From the NCBI GenBank assembly GCA_035353335.1, contig DAOPZJ010000004.1, forward strand, positions 15,555 through 79,554: a DNA stretch of 64,000 nucleotides, read 5' to 3'. The notes under the pieces are model-generated. The model was not told the DNA's origin. It searched no databases and was given only the letters and a program-made list of their open reading frames with translations. This DNA is from Oscillospiraceae bacterium. Lineage in GTDB: Bacteria; Bacillota; Clostridia; Oscillospirales; JAKOTC01. Shown in pieces: positions 1 through 8,844 of the stretch. The position numbers and the translations under genes were made by a program. Every line of letters starts with the position of its first letter. Within the stretch, counting starts at the first letter, position 1.

Positions 1-178
1 TCCCGAATCGACGGGGATCAGACCTAAAATCGTCTTCAGAAGCGTCGATTTGCCGCCGCCGTTCGGGCCGATGATACCCAGGAATTCGCCGTCGGCGACT
101 TCGAGGCAGACGTCCGAAAGCGCGGGCGTCCGGTTATAATACACCGTCAGATTTTCAATATGGATTGCGGACTGCATA
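1..178 (-). CDS. Metal (Zn/Mn-type) ABC transporter ATP-binding protein, N-terminal 59 codons only; gene runs off the left edge
   Basis: Not in the ORF track because no stop lies in the window. Reverse complement from ATG at 178 reads [59 protein letters not shown], with Walker [10 protein letters not shown]. It lies 42 nt downstream of the binding-protein gene on the same strand. Confidence 0.85.
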
Positions 179-220
179 ATGATGACCTTTCTTTGGTAGT
201 TAGGTTTGAAAAATCTATTT

Positions 221-1123
221 TCAAATTTGCATAACCTCCGCCATCAGATTTGCCATTTTCTTCAGGTTGTTGATATAATCAGCGTTAAGCGGTTCAAGCT
301 GAATGGTCTTTCCGCCGATTTCTTCGGCGAATGCGGCGGATTGGCTGCTGTCGATCTCACTCTGATAAAAGATCGCTTTGATGTTTTCGGCTTTTGCAAA
401 GTCGATGACCTCCTGCAGGTGTTGTGCGGTGGCTTCTTTGCCCTCTTCCTCGAGTGCAACCATCGTCAGCCCGTAATCATCGGCAAGATAGCCGAAAGCG
501 GGGTGAAAGACCACGAATTTCTTCATAGTCAAATTTGTAAAAGTCGTCTTAAGTTGGGTGTCCAAATCATCGAGCTGCGCAAGATATGCGGTTGCATTTT
601 GTTCGTAAACCGACGCATTTTCGGGGTCGAGTGCCGACATCTCACGTGCGATGGCCGATACCATAACCTTGACGCGTTTCGGTGAAAGCCAGATGTGCGG
701 ATCGCGCTCACCGGCTTCAAAAGTCCGGTCGGGATAGACCGCCGCGGTCTCATCGGACAGCGCGACCACTTTGACCGTGTTTTTAATATTTGAGAGGATA
801 TATGCCGATTCAATCGGAACGCCGATTGAAAAATAAATCGAGGCCTGTTCCAACCGCTGCATGGTATCGGGTTTCGGCTCGTAATTCTCGGGACTGCTTC
901 CCGGCGGCACCAACGTTACGACGTCGGCGAGATCGCCGCAGACGGCTTGTACAAAAGTCGCTTCGGGCACGATCGTGACGGCGACAATGGGCTTACCGGG
1001 TTGTGCGGATTCCGAAGAAGATGTCTTCGGCGCTTTTGCGCAGGCCGCAGTTAACAGTAATAAAACTATGAGAATGGCGATGATCAATCGGGAGACACCG
1101 TGAGTTGATTTCCGCTTCGGCAT
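221..1123 (-). CDS. Metal ABC transporter substrate-binding lipoprotein (ZnuA/TroA family)
   Basis: ORF 221..1153. The likely start is the internal ATG at 1123, preceded by GGAGG. It has a signal peptide with a lipobox-like LLTAAC. The family-typical layout is visible ([12 protein letters not shown]..., [30 protein letters not shown]). Confidence 0.85.
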   Translation of the reverse strand: MPKRKSTHGVSRLIIAILIVLLLLTAACAKAPKTSSSESAQPGKPIVAVTIVPEATFVQAVCGDLADVVTLVPPGSSPENYEPKPDTMQRLEQASIYFSIGVPIESAYILSNIKNTVKVVALSDETAAVYPDRTFEAGERDPHIWLSPKRVKVMVSAIAREMSALDPENASVYEQNATAYLAQLDDLDTQLKTTFTNLTMKKFVVFHPAFGYLADDYGLTMVALEEEGKEATAQHLQEVIDFAKAENIKAIFYQSEIDSSQSAAFAEEIGGKTIQLEPLNADYINNLKKMANLMAEVMQI

Positions 1124-1363
1124 AGAACCTCCATAGATGCAAATCATTTGCATTTATTATAATTGACACAATCCGTTAAGTCAATACATATTCGGGAGAT
1201 TTCTTTATTGAAGATTCATTATATCCGATTGAAAATTCCAAAAATCTTGAGATTTTAATATCAGTTTTACATGTCGTATGATATTCTTTTAACAGAAGGG
1301 AACGGATTGGTTTCCTTCTCAAAGTGAAATTTAACTTATATTCATATCAAGAGGAGTAGTTCT

Positions 1364-2719
1364 ATGAATCCCAAAGAATTATTATTTTCGGTTTTGAGAC
1401 ACGAGACGGTAAACCAGGTGCCGTGGGTGCCGTTTGCCGGAGTGCATGCCGGGAAACTCGTCGGTTATGACGCACAAGAAGTGCTTACCGATGGCGATAA
1501 GCTCTTCAAAGCGCTCTCCGAAGCCAACCGCCTATATAAACCCAACGGCCAGCCCGTTGTCTTCGATTTGCAGATCGAAGCCGAGATTTTGGGCTGCGAA
1601 CTGGTCTGGACCAAAGACGGCCCGCCGTCGGTCAAGACCCATCCGCTCGCCGAGACCAAACAGATCCCCTGCCGCTGCACTTTGCCCGACGAGACCGACG
1701 GGCGCATTCCGATGGTGCTTGACGTGATGCGGCGCATGAAAAAAGAATTCGGTGATACTACGGCACTCTACGGCCTGATCTGCGGCCCGTTTACATTGGC
1801 CTCCCATCTGCGCGGCAGCGAAATCTTTATGGATATGTTCGACGACGAGGAATATGTGAAACAGCTGCTTGTTTATTGCAACGACGCCGCAAAGCGTATG
1901 ACCGACATGTATATCGCGGCGGGTATGGACGTGATCGCCGTCGTCGACCCGATGGTCTCGCAGGTCTCTTCGGCGCATTTTGAAGAATTTTTGAGCGCCC
2001 CGTTTTCCGAATTGTTTGCCTACATCCGCGCCAAGAACGTCTTTTCTTCGCTCTTTGTGTGCGGCGACGCCACCAAAAATATCGATGTCATGTGCAAGAC
2101 CAACCCCGACTCGATCTCGATTGACGAAAATGTCAACATTGTGACCGCTAAACATATCGCCGACCACTATAATATCACAATCGGCGGAAATATCCCGCTG
2201 ACGACCGTGATGCTGCACGGCACTCAGCAGGACAACATGAAGTGCGTCATCGACATCATCGACAGCGTCGAAAGCAAGAAGAACCTGATTATCGCCCCGG
2301 GCTGCGACATGCCTTATAATGTCCCCGCGGAAAACGCCATCGGCGTGACGCAGGCGGTTTTGCAAACCGAAGAAACACGTAAAATGATTGCGAATTATGT
2401 CGCGGTCAAAGATAAAATCGAGGTCACTCTGCCGGATTACGCCAACCTTAAAAAACCGCTTCTTGAAGTGTTTACACTCGATTCGGCAACCTGCGCGGCC
2501 TGCGGCTACATGAAGGAAGCCGCGCAAAAAGCCAAAGAACACTTCGGCGATAAGATCGATATGGTTGAATATAAATATACGATCAAGGAAAATATCGCGC
2601 GCTGCATCAAATTGGGTGTCAAGAACCTGCCGTCGATCTACATCAACGGACAGCTCAAGTTCTCGTCGATCATCCCGAGCCGTGAGGAACTCTTTGGTGC
2701 AATTGAATCGGTGATGTGA
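1364..2719 (+). CDS. Uroporphyrinogen-decarboxylase (URO-D/MtaA-like) family protein fused to a C-terminal thioredoxin-fold domain with CAAC motif
   Basis: 451 aa. The N-terminal ~350 aa resemble the URO-D/methylcobamide methyltransferase family (PWVPFAGVHAG, DPMVSQVS, IIAPGCDMPYN). The last ~85 aa (LEVFTLDSATCAACGYM...NLPSIYINGQLKF) resemble small MTH895-type thioredoxin-like proteins. Confidence 0.7.
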   Translation: MNPKELLFSVLRHETVNQVPWVPFAGVHAGKLVGYDAQEVLTDGDKLFKALSEANRLYKPNGQPVVFDLQIEAEILGCELVWTKDGPPSVKTHPLAETKQIPCRCTLPDETDGRIPMVLDVMRRMKKEFGDTTALYGLICGPFTLASHLRGSEIFMDMFDDEEYVKQLLVYCNDAAKRMTDMYIAAGMDVIAVVDPMVSQVSSAHFEEFLSAPFSELFAYIRAKNVFSSLFVCGDATKNIDVMCKTNPDSISIDENVNIVTAKHIADHYNITIGGNIPLTTVMLHGTQQDNMKCVIDIIDSVESKKNLIIAPGCDMPYNVPAENAIGVTQAVLQTEETRKMIANYVAVKDKIEVTLPDYANLKKPLLEVFTLDSATCAACGYMKEAAQKAKEHFGDKIDMVEYKYTIKENIARCIKLGVKNLPSIYINGQLKFSSIIPSREELFGAIESVM

Positions 2720-2751
2720 TATAATACAGTCAAAAAGGGGGTGCGCGAGAT

Positions 2752-3669
2752 ATGACCGGACTCTATCTGATCACCGGCTTTCTCGGCGCGGGCAAGACTG
2801 TATTTTTAAAGGGCTTTATCCGGCGCAGTCCCAATATCCGTTTGAAAATCATTGTCAATGAGTTCGGAAAAGAGGGCATTGACGGCGCGTTGATCAGTGA
2901 GACAGGCGCAAAAGTAGAGGAGATCAGCAACGGCTCGATCTTTTGCACCTGCCGCATCGACCAATTCGAAAACGCGCTTATCAAAGCAACTGCCGATAAA
3001 CCGGAATTGATTTTGGTCGAGGCCTCGGGCCTTTCCGACCCGACTTCGATGCAGGTGATTTTGAAGCAGGAGCGTTTTTCGGAAATTGACTATCTCGGGT
3101 GCATCTGCCTCGTCGATCCCAAGACCATTCAAAAAGTGCTCGCGGGCGTGCGCGTCGGCATCAAGCAGCTCGAAGCCGCCGATCTGGTTTTGGTCAACAA
3201 AGCCGATACGGTCTCCGAGCAAGTTCTTTGCGAAACCGAAGCGTTGCTTCGGGATTTACGTCCCGATGTGCGGATTCACCGGACAACCTTCGGGCGGATT
3301 GAGCCGGAATGGTTACAAAATATCCGTAATGGCAAAGAGACCGGCGGTATAACTTATCATCTGAAAGACGTGGGCTTACAAAAGCTGACGATTACAATCA
3401 AGGACTCAATGAGTTACTCGCAGTTCGGTTACTTTCTTGCGGGGTTCGCATCATTCACTTTCAGAGTCAAGGGTATTGTTCTGCTCGAAGGTAAGCTCTC
3501 GTTAGTAGACTGTGTGGGCGAAAAGATATCAATCACCCCGTATTCGGGAGAAGCCGCACATCCCAATAAAATCGTTGCGCTGGCCGGGGCGGGTATGCCG
3601 ATGGAGAAAAAGGTTCAGGAAGCGGCTAAAAATCATTCGGAACACATCGAAGAAATCGAATGGGATTAA
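2752..3669 (+). CDS. CobW/COG0523-family G3E P-loop GTPase (putative metallochaperone), atypical metal motif
   Basis: GFLGAGKT Walker A, IVNEFG, LVEASGLSDP and VLVNKAD motifs are present. The canonical GCxCC motif is replaced by NGSIFCTC. Confidence 0.8.
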   Translation: MTGLYLITGFLGAGKTVFLKGFIRRSPNIRLKIIVNEFGKEGIDGALISETGAKVEEISNGSIFCTCRIDQFENALIKATADKPELILVEASGLSDPTSMQVILKQERFSEIDYLGCICLVDPKTIQKVLAGVRVGIKQLEAADLVLVNKADTVSEQVLCETEALLRDLRPDVRIHRTTFGRIEPEWLQNIRNGKETGGITYHLKDVGLQKLTITIKDSMSYSQFGYFLAGFASFTFRVKGIVLLEGKLSLVDCVGEKISITPYSGEAAHPNKIVALAGAGMPMEKKVQEAAKNHSEHIEEIEWD

Positions 3670-3681
3670 CAGCAATATCGT

Positions 3682-3714
3682 AAACGGCGGCAGGATTCCT
3701 GCCGCCGTTTTTGT
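3682..3714 (+). terminator. Rho-independent terminator after the COG0523 gene
   Basis: Perfect 12-bp stem AACGGCGGCAGG / CCTGCCGCCGTT with loop ATTC, followed by TTTTG. Confidence 0.75.
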
Positions 3715-3742
3715 CGACAAGTAAAAACGGGTATGGTATAAT
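3714..3742 (+). promoter_or_regulatory. Sigma-70-type promoter candidate for the 3827 gene
   Basis: TCGACA, 17-nt spacer, then TGgTATAAT (extended -10). Confidence 0.45.
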
Positions 3743-3826
3743 GAGGACATTCGAGAAAGATGGTCTAAAGTGTGGTTTAAAAATTAAATCCGGTTTTAAA
3801 GTCTTTGTGAGAAAGGTTAAAGAATC

Positions 3827-4789
3827 ATGAAAAATTATATGGATAATTTGAAAACCGGAAACCAGAAGCCCGGTAAAGAGATCAATAAAAAAGGAATGTT
3901 GGACATCGGCATGGTGGAAACCACCCCGGTCGTTTGGAAAGATCGGCTGTATCGTTTTGAATGGGTTCGTAACAACGAATGGGGCGGCGGTTATTGGAAT
4001 AATCAAACCAATCACGGCTATTTCCGTTTTACCGATATGGAGACGGAGGAGGTCACGCCTGCCTTCGGCGTGGATTATGCGTTCGGCAGCGCCTATATAA
4101 AACAGGCATCGGAAGGAGATACCGCTTATGTCTACGGTGTTCAGGGAAAAGGCGGCGGAAACCGTCTCGATGTTTTTCGGTCGCAGGATTTAATAAGCTG
4201 GGAGTCCAAAAAGGTTTTTGAATTTCCCGAAAGTTGGTCTTTATTTAACACCTCCGTCTGCAAAGGCAAAGACGGCTATGTGATGGCGCTCGAAATCGGC
4301 AGCCCGAAAGAAATTTGCGGGGCACCTTTTACCGTTGTATTTGCAGAATCCAAAAATTTAATCGACTGGACCATGATGCCGGTGGAAGATCATATCTATA
4401 CCAAAGAGCGTTATTCGGCCTGCCCGGTGATCCGGTTTGTCGAAGGTTGGTATTATATCATCTATCTGGAGAGCATCCCCGGTTACCGATGGGTGCCCTA
4501 TATCGTCCGCACGGAGGACTTCGTGAATTTCGAAATGGGAATTAAAAATCCGGTGATGGTTTTTAATGCTCAGGACAAAGTGGTTCAGCGCCCGGAGAAG
4601 TTTTCCGCCGACCAGTTAGAGTACATCAAAAACGCGGTGGACAGCAACAACAGCGATATCGACTTATGCGAATACCGCGGAAAGACCGTTATCCTGTACA
4701 GCTGGGGCAATCAGTTGGGCAAGGAGTTTTTGGCCGAAGCCGAATATGACGGGCCGATGGATGACTTTTTAAAATCGTTCTTTAATTGA
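3827..4789 (+). CDS. Hypothetical protein, possibly a five-bladed beta-propeller glycosidase-like fold
   Basis: 320 aa. The motifs SQDLISWES and GWYYIIYLE resemble blade signatures of GH32/43/130-type propellers. No catalytic motif was recognised with certainty. Confidence 0.4.
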   Translation: MKNYMDNLKTGNQKPGKEINKKGMLDIGMVETTPVVWKDRLYRFEWVRNNEWGGGYWNNQTNHGYFRFTDMETEEVTPAFGVDYAFGSAYIKQASEGDTAYVYGVQGKGGGNRLDVFRSQDLISWESKKVFEFPESWSLFNTSVCKGKDGYVMALEIGSPKEICGAPFTVVFAESKNLIDWTMMPVEDHIYTKERYSACPVIRFVEGWYYIIYLESIPGYRWVPYIVRTEDFVNFEMGIKNPVMVFNAQDKVVQRPEKFSADQLEYIKNAVDSNNSDIDLCEYRGKTVILYSWGNQLGKEFLAEAEYDGPMDDFLKSFFN

Positions 4790-4835
4790 AGATTGCCTTA
4801 TTTGTTTTTGATTTAGGCGGGAAAGGGCGGATTGG

Positions 4836-5693
4836 ATGCTGAATTTGGACGTAAAAGTGCTTTGGCTTTCCAAGTGCGCCTATCTGCCCGCAAACGGCGT
4901 CGACATCCACAGCCACCCGTTTTTTCACTACCTCTATATCGCAGACGGCGCGGCGGAGATGACCATCGGCGAAAAGGTCTACTTAGCTGCGGAGGACGAA
5001 TTTTACTTAATTTCACCCAGCGTCAGACACCGGTTTACCGCCGATACGGAAAAAGGCCTCAAGACCATCGAGATCAAGTTCACGGCGAGCGAGATGTTAA
5101 GCGCTCACCTGGCCGAACTCGGGGAACAGATGCGATTTTTCGACGGAAAAATCCGGCGTCTTGCCGAAAATCTGATCGGCGAGGGCATGTCGAAAGCCGC
5201 TTACCGAAACGACATTGTCAACCTGCGTTTTACCGAAATTTTAATGCATCTGCTGCGTGCATCGGACGAAAAAGAGGATGACGTGCAGGGCGTCGATGAT
5301 CCGATTCCGGAATATGCACGTGAGACGGGCGGACCGAACGGCACCGATTTAATAAAAGCGCTGACTTTTATGGAAAAAAATTTGGATCAGCCGGTCGATT
5401 TGGACACGCTGGCCAAAGTCAGCGGAATGAGCCGGTTTCAGTTTAATCGGTCTTTTAAAAGTGCCTACGGAATCACTCCGATTCGGTATCTCGGCGATTT
5501 GAGATTCGCAAAAGCCAAGGAGCTGATGCGCTATTCGGACAAAAACGTGACCCAGATCGCCTACAGCGTCGGGTTCAACGATGTGCATTATTTCAGCCGT
5601 TTTTTCAAACAGCGTGAGAATGTCGCGCCGAACGAGTATCTGAAAAAGGCGCGGGGTTCGCTTTATATTTATCTGGATGAAAAGGACAAATAA
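4836..5693 (+). CDS. AraC family transcriptional regulator (cupin sensor domain plus C-terminal HTH)
   Basis: The C-terminal part (LDTLAKVSGMSRFQFNRSFKSAYGITPIRYL...IAYSVGFNDVHYFSRFFKQ) is a classic AraC-type double HTH. Confidence 0.85.
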   Translation: MLNLDVKVLWLSKCAYLPANGVDIHSHPFFHYLYIADGAAEMTIGEKVYLAAEDEFYLISPSVRHRFTADTEKGLKTIEIKFTASEMLSAHLAELGEQMRFFDGKIRRLAENLIGEGMSKAAYRNDIVNLRFTEILMHLLRASDEKEDDVQGVDDPIPEYARETGGPNGTDLIKALTFMEKNLDQPVDLDTLAKVSGMSRFQFNRSFKSAYGITPIRYLGDLRFAKAKELMRYSDKNVTQIAYSVGFNDVHYFSRFFKQRENVAPNEYLKKARGSLYIYLDEKDK

Positions 5694-5754
5694 TCGTCAT
5701 TGCGAGGGGCTTCAGCCCCGCGGCAATCAGACCGTTGGATGGTAAATGGCATAC

Positions 5755-5777
5755 GGGCGATTGATAATTGCCCCTAC
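5755..5777 (-). repeat. REP-like element (GTAGGG head plus short hairpin), copy 1
   Basis: The minus strand reads GTAGGGGCAATTATCAATCGCCC. It belongs to the same family as the copies at 11157, 50123 and 50216. Confidence 0.55.
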
Positions 5778-5876
5778 AAAGCATTTGTATAACTAATCCG
5801 CAAAAAAGTGCATGGAAAACAACCCTAAACCGTGTTAAAATGAAACCAACCACGTTTCGAAGGGAGTTTTATTTTA

Positions 5877-6893
5877 ATGGATAAATTACAATCAAAGGTC
5901 AGAGTAGCTCTGGTGGGCTGCGGAAGTTTTATCCGCGCCATGCATGTCCCGATTTTAAAGGCGAACCCAAAGTATGAGATTCGCGCGACCATGGACATCA
6001 GTGAGACCGCCGCTATGGATACCGCAAAAGAAACCGGGGCGGCTTATTTCACCACCGATATCGATAAGATTTTGTCCGATGATCAGGTTGACGCGGTCTT
6101 TATCGGCACACGACACGACACCCATGCGGCGCTGACCGTCAAAGCGGCTAACGCGGGCAAACATGTGCTGTGCGAAAAACCGATGGGCCTGAACCGCGAG
6201 GAATGCCGCGCCGTCGTCGAAGCTGTACGCAAAGCGGGCGTCAAATATACGGTTGGCTATAATCGCGGCATGGCGCCGATGATCGTCGCCGCGCGCGATC
6301 TGCTTAAGGATAACGAACATAAGAAAATGATATATCATCGCATTCAGGCACCATTCCCCGCGGACGTTTGGACGCATGACCCCAAGGTGGGCGGCGGGCG
6401 TTTTGTCGGCGAGGGCTGCCATATTTTCGATCTGCTCTGCGAGATCGTCGGCAAGCCGCCGGTGAGCGTCTATGCGTCGGGCGGCACTTTCCTAGACCCC
6501 GAAAAAGTCAGAATCCCCGACAGCGCCATCGTCACAATCACTTTCACAGACGGCTCGGTCGGCACAACGCTGATCACCAGCGCGGGCTGCTCAGCCTTCC
6601 CGAAAGAGTCCACGGAAATTTATTGCGACGGCAAGGCCATCTGGGTCAACGACTTCACCTCGATGGAATATTACGGTTTCGAAGGTCACGCCAAGACCAC
6701 GCTGGCTTTTGATAAAGTCGACAAGGGACATGCGTCCGAGATCGACCAGTTCGCCGATGCGATTTTGCTCGGAAAAGACAGCCCGAACGGCCTCACCAAA
6801 GCGGCGCGCGCGGCGGTGCTGAGCTATATGGTCAACGAATCGGTCGCAAGCGGCAAGCCGGTTGCGATCTGCGAAAAGGACTATATCTTTTAA
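5877..6893 (+). CDS. Gfo/Idh/MocA family NAD(P)-dependent oxidoreductase
   Basis: RVALVGCGSFIRAMH Rossmann start, the HVLCEKPM signature and a C-terminal alpha/beta domain. Confidence 0.85.
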   Translation: MDKLQSKVRVALVGCGSFIRAMHVPILKANPKYEIRATMDISETAAMDTAKETGAAYFTTDIDKILSDDQVDAVFIGTRHDTHAALTVKAANAGKHVLCEKPMGLNREECRAVVEAVRKAGVKYTVGYNRGMAPMIVAARDLLKDNEHKKMIYHRIQAPFPADVWTHDPKVGGGRFVGEGCHIFDLLCEIVGKPPVSVYASGGTFLDPEKVRIPDSAIVTITFTDGSVGTTLITSAGCSAFPKESTEIYCDGKAIWVNDFTSMEYYGFEGHAKTTLAFDKVDKGHASEIDQFADAILLGKDSPNGLTKAARAAVLSYMVNESVASGKPVAICEKDYIF

Positions 6894-7859
6894 ATGAATA
6901 TCGCACTTGTTTTTGATCCCAAAAAGGTTCCCAAGCTCTTTTCAGCCGAGGCCATCGCTCGGTTGGAAGCGCTCGGAGCTATGACATATCACGCGGATTC
7001 GTCCGATGTGGCTAATGCGGATGTCATCATCACCTCGTGGGGCAGCCCGGCGATTGATAAAGAGATTTTAGATCGCTGCCCGAACCTGCGGTTGGTGGCA
7101 CACGCCGCCGGAAGCGTCAAATCGGTTGTGACCGAAGAGCTTTGGGCGTGCGGTGTCCGGGTGACCAATTCGGCAAAGATGCTCGGGATGGGCGTTGCCG
7201 AGACCGCGCTGGGGTTCACCATCTGTGCGGCGAAAAATATCTTTGCACTCAATTCCGGGATTCACGGCGGCGGATGGGATGAGGGCAGGGAAAATGTGCG
7301 CGAACTCTATACCCTCACGGTCGGCGTTTTGGGCTCAGGTTGGGCGGGCGGGCATTACATCAAACTGCTGCAAAACTTCAATGTGCGCGTGCTATGCTAT
7401 GACCCGTATTTGAGCGCGGAAAAAGCGGCTTCACTGGGTTGCGAAAGAGCGACGCTCGAAGAAGTTTTAAAAAACAGCGACGTCGTCTCGATTCACGCCC
7501 CGGCGATTGAGGCGACAAACCATATGATCAACGCCGACACGCTGAAGCTGATGAAAAAGGACGCGGTGCTCATCAATACGGCGCGCGGAACCATCATCGA
7601 CGAGAAAGCGCTGTATGAACATCTTCTGGCGGGCAATCTGCGCTACGCATGCCTCGATGTCTTCGACCCGGAGCCTCCCGAGGCCGACAATCCCCTGCGG
7701 AAATTGCCGAATTGCATACTCACCCCTCATTTGGCGGGACTTGTCACGAACGGCTTACAACGGATCGGAATGCATGTCACCGAGGAAATCGGGCGGTTTT
7801 GCCGCAACGAAAAAATGGAATGCGAAGTGCTGAAAAAGAATCTTGAAACAATGGCGTAA
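6894..7859 (+). CDS. D-isomer-specific 2-hydroxyacid dehydrogenase family protein
   Basis: GVLGSGWAGG NAD-binding motif, INTARG, the LDVFDPEP motif and PHLAG. The start abuts the upstream stop. Confidence 0.85.
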   Translation: MNIALVFDPKKVPKLFSAEAIARLEALGAMTYHADSSDVANADVIITSWGSPAIDKEILDRCPNLRLVAHAAGSVKSVVTEELWACGVRVTNSAKMLGMGVAETALGFTICAAKNIFALNSGIHGGGWDEGRENVRELYTLTVGVLGSGWAGGHYIKLLQNFNVRVLCYDPYLSAEKAASLGCERATLEEVLKNSDVVSIHAPAIEATNHMINADTLKLMKKDAVLINTARGTIIDEKALYEHLLAGNLRYACLDVFDPEPPEADNPLRKLPNCILTPHLAGLVTNGLQRIGMHVTEEIGRFCRNEKMECEVLKKNLETMA

Positions 7860-7902
7860 AATTTATTTATATCATTATCATCTTTGAAAGGGTGGTCATT
7901 TT

Positions 7903-8841
7903 ATGGTCAGAATCGGTGTTGTAAATATCGACGTCTCACATCCGAAGGCGTTTTCGGAGTATTTGAAAAAAGAGAACCGCGCACGCTATGTCGCGGTGTA
8001 TAACGACGGTTTCCGCGGCGACGACGAGGTCGAGGGATTCATCAAAAATTACGGGCTCGAAAAGCGGTGCAAATCGGTCGAGGAACTCGCCGATACCGTG
8101 GATATCGGCTTTATTCAGGGCTGCAACTGGGATAAACACCTCGGCTACGCGATGCCCTTTATCGAGCGTAAAAAGCCGGTCTTTATCGACAAACCGATGG
8201 TCGGCAACCTCGCCGACTGCCGCAAAGTCGAACAGCTGGTCAAAAACGGCGCGGTGATTTTGGGCAGCTCGTCAGTGCGTTATGCCGAGGAGATTCAGGC
8301 GTTTTTGAGCATCCCCGAATCCGAGCGCGGCAAGATCGTCACGGTGTTCGGCACCTCCGGTATGGACGAGTTCAACTACGCCATCCATGTCGTCGAAGCC
8401 ATCGGTGGAATCATGGGTACCGGAGCGGTCTCGACCCGGTATGCGGGGCGCGCAGACGTCGACGGACAGGCCTGCGAGACCTTTGTGATCAAATTCGCAA
8501 ACGGCGCGACGGGCGTATATAATGCCTATTTGGGCGTTTGGCAGCCCTTTGATATGGTGGTCATGACCACCAAATCGACCTACCATTTTCGCATTGAAGC
8601 GGGCAAGGTTTACGGCCAGCTGCTCGACCGTATCTGTGACTATATGGAGACCGGGAAAAACCGGTTGGCTCCGGTTACGACGATCACCGAATCGATCCGC
8701 GTGATGTTAGCCGGACGCATTTCCCGCGCACAGGACGGAAAAGAGATCAAAATCGCCGACATCCCCGAAAACGATCCGGGTTTTGACGGCACCGAATTTG
8801 CACGCGGATATGCCAAAGCCGCAAGCAAGATTTATTTATAA
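7903..8841 (+). CDS. Gfo/Idh/MocA-like protein with degenerate nucleotide-binding motif
   Basis: VFIDKPM resembles the family EKP motif. The N-terminus IGVVNIDVSH lacks GxGxxG. Confidence 0.55.
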   Translation: MVRIGVVNIDVSHPKAFSEYLKKENRARYVAVYNDGFRGDDEVEGFIKNYGLEKRCKSVEELADTVDIGFIQGCNWDKHLGYAMPFIERKKPVFIDKPMVGNLADCRKVEQLVKNGAVILGSSSVRYAEEIQAFLSIPESERGKIVTVFGTSGMDEFNYAIHVVEAIGGIMGTGAVSTRYAGRADVDGQACETFVIKFANGATGVYNAYLGVWQPFDMVVMTTKSTYHFRIEAGKVYGQLLDRICDYMETGKNRLAPVTTITESIRVMLAGRISRAQDGKEIKIADIPENDPGFDGTEFARGYAKAASKIYL

Positions 8842-8844
8842 GTT

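Noticed and set aside
1154-1363. A possible cobalamin or other riboswitch, or a Zur box, in the znuA / URO-D divergent region.
   Set aside because: I could not find a B12-box-like core or a canonical Zur palindrome by eye. Only the hairpin AGAAGGGAA...TTCCTTCT and the ATTGAC/GTCAAT inverted repeat are visible. These are mentioned inside a finding but not called as features.
1532-2542. Long antisense ORFs opposite well-supported genes: 1532..2542(-), 8836..9732(-), 29369..30049(-), 44024..44563(-), 55226..55894(+), 58643..59326(-), 16269..16781(+), 17424..18020(+).
   Set aside because: Their translations are Arg/Gly/His-rich low-information sequence with no recognisable motifs. Each lies entirely inside a gene on the other strand that has clear family signatures. 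This is the typical shadow-ORF pattern of GC-rich third codon positions.
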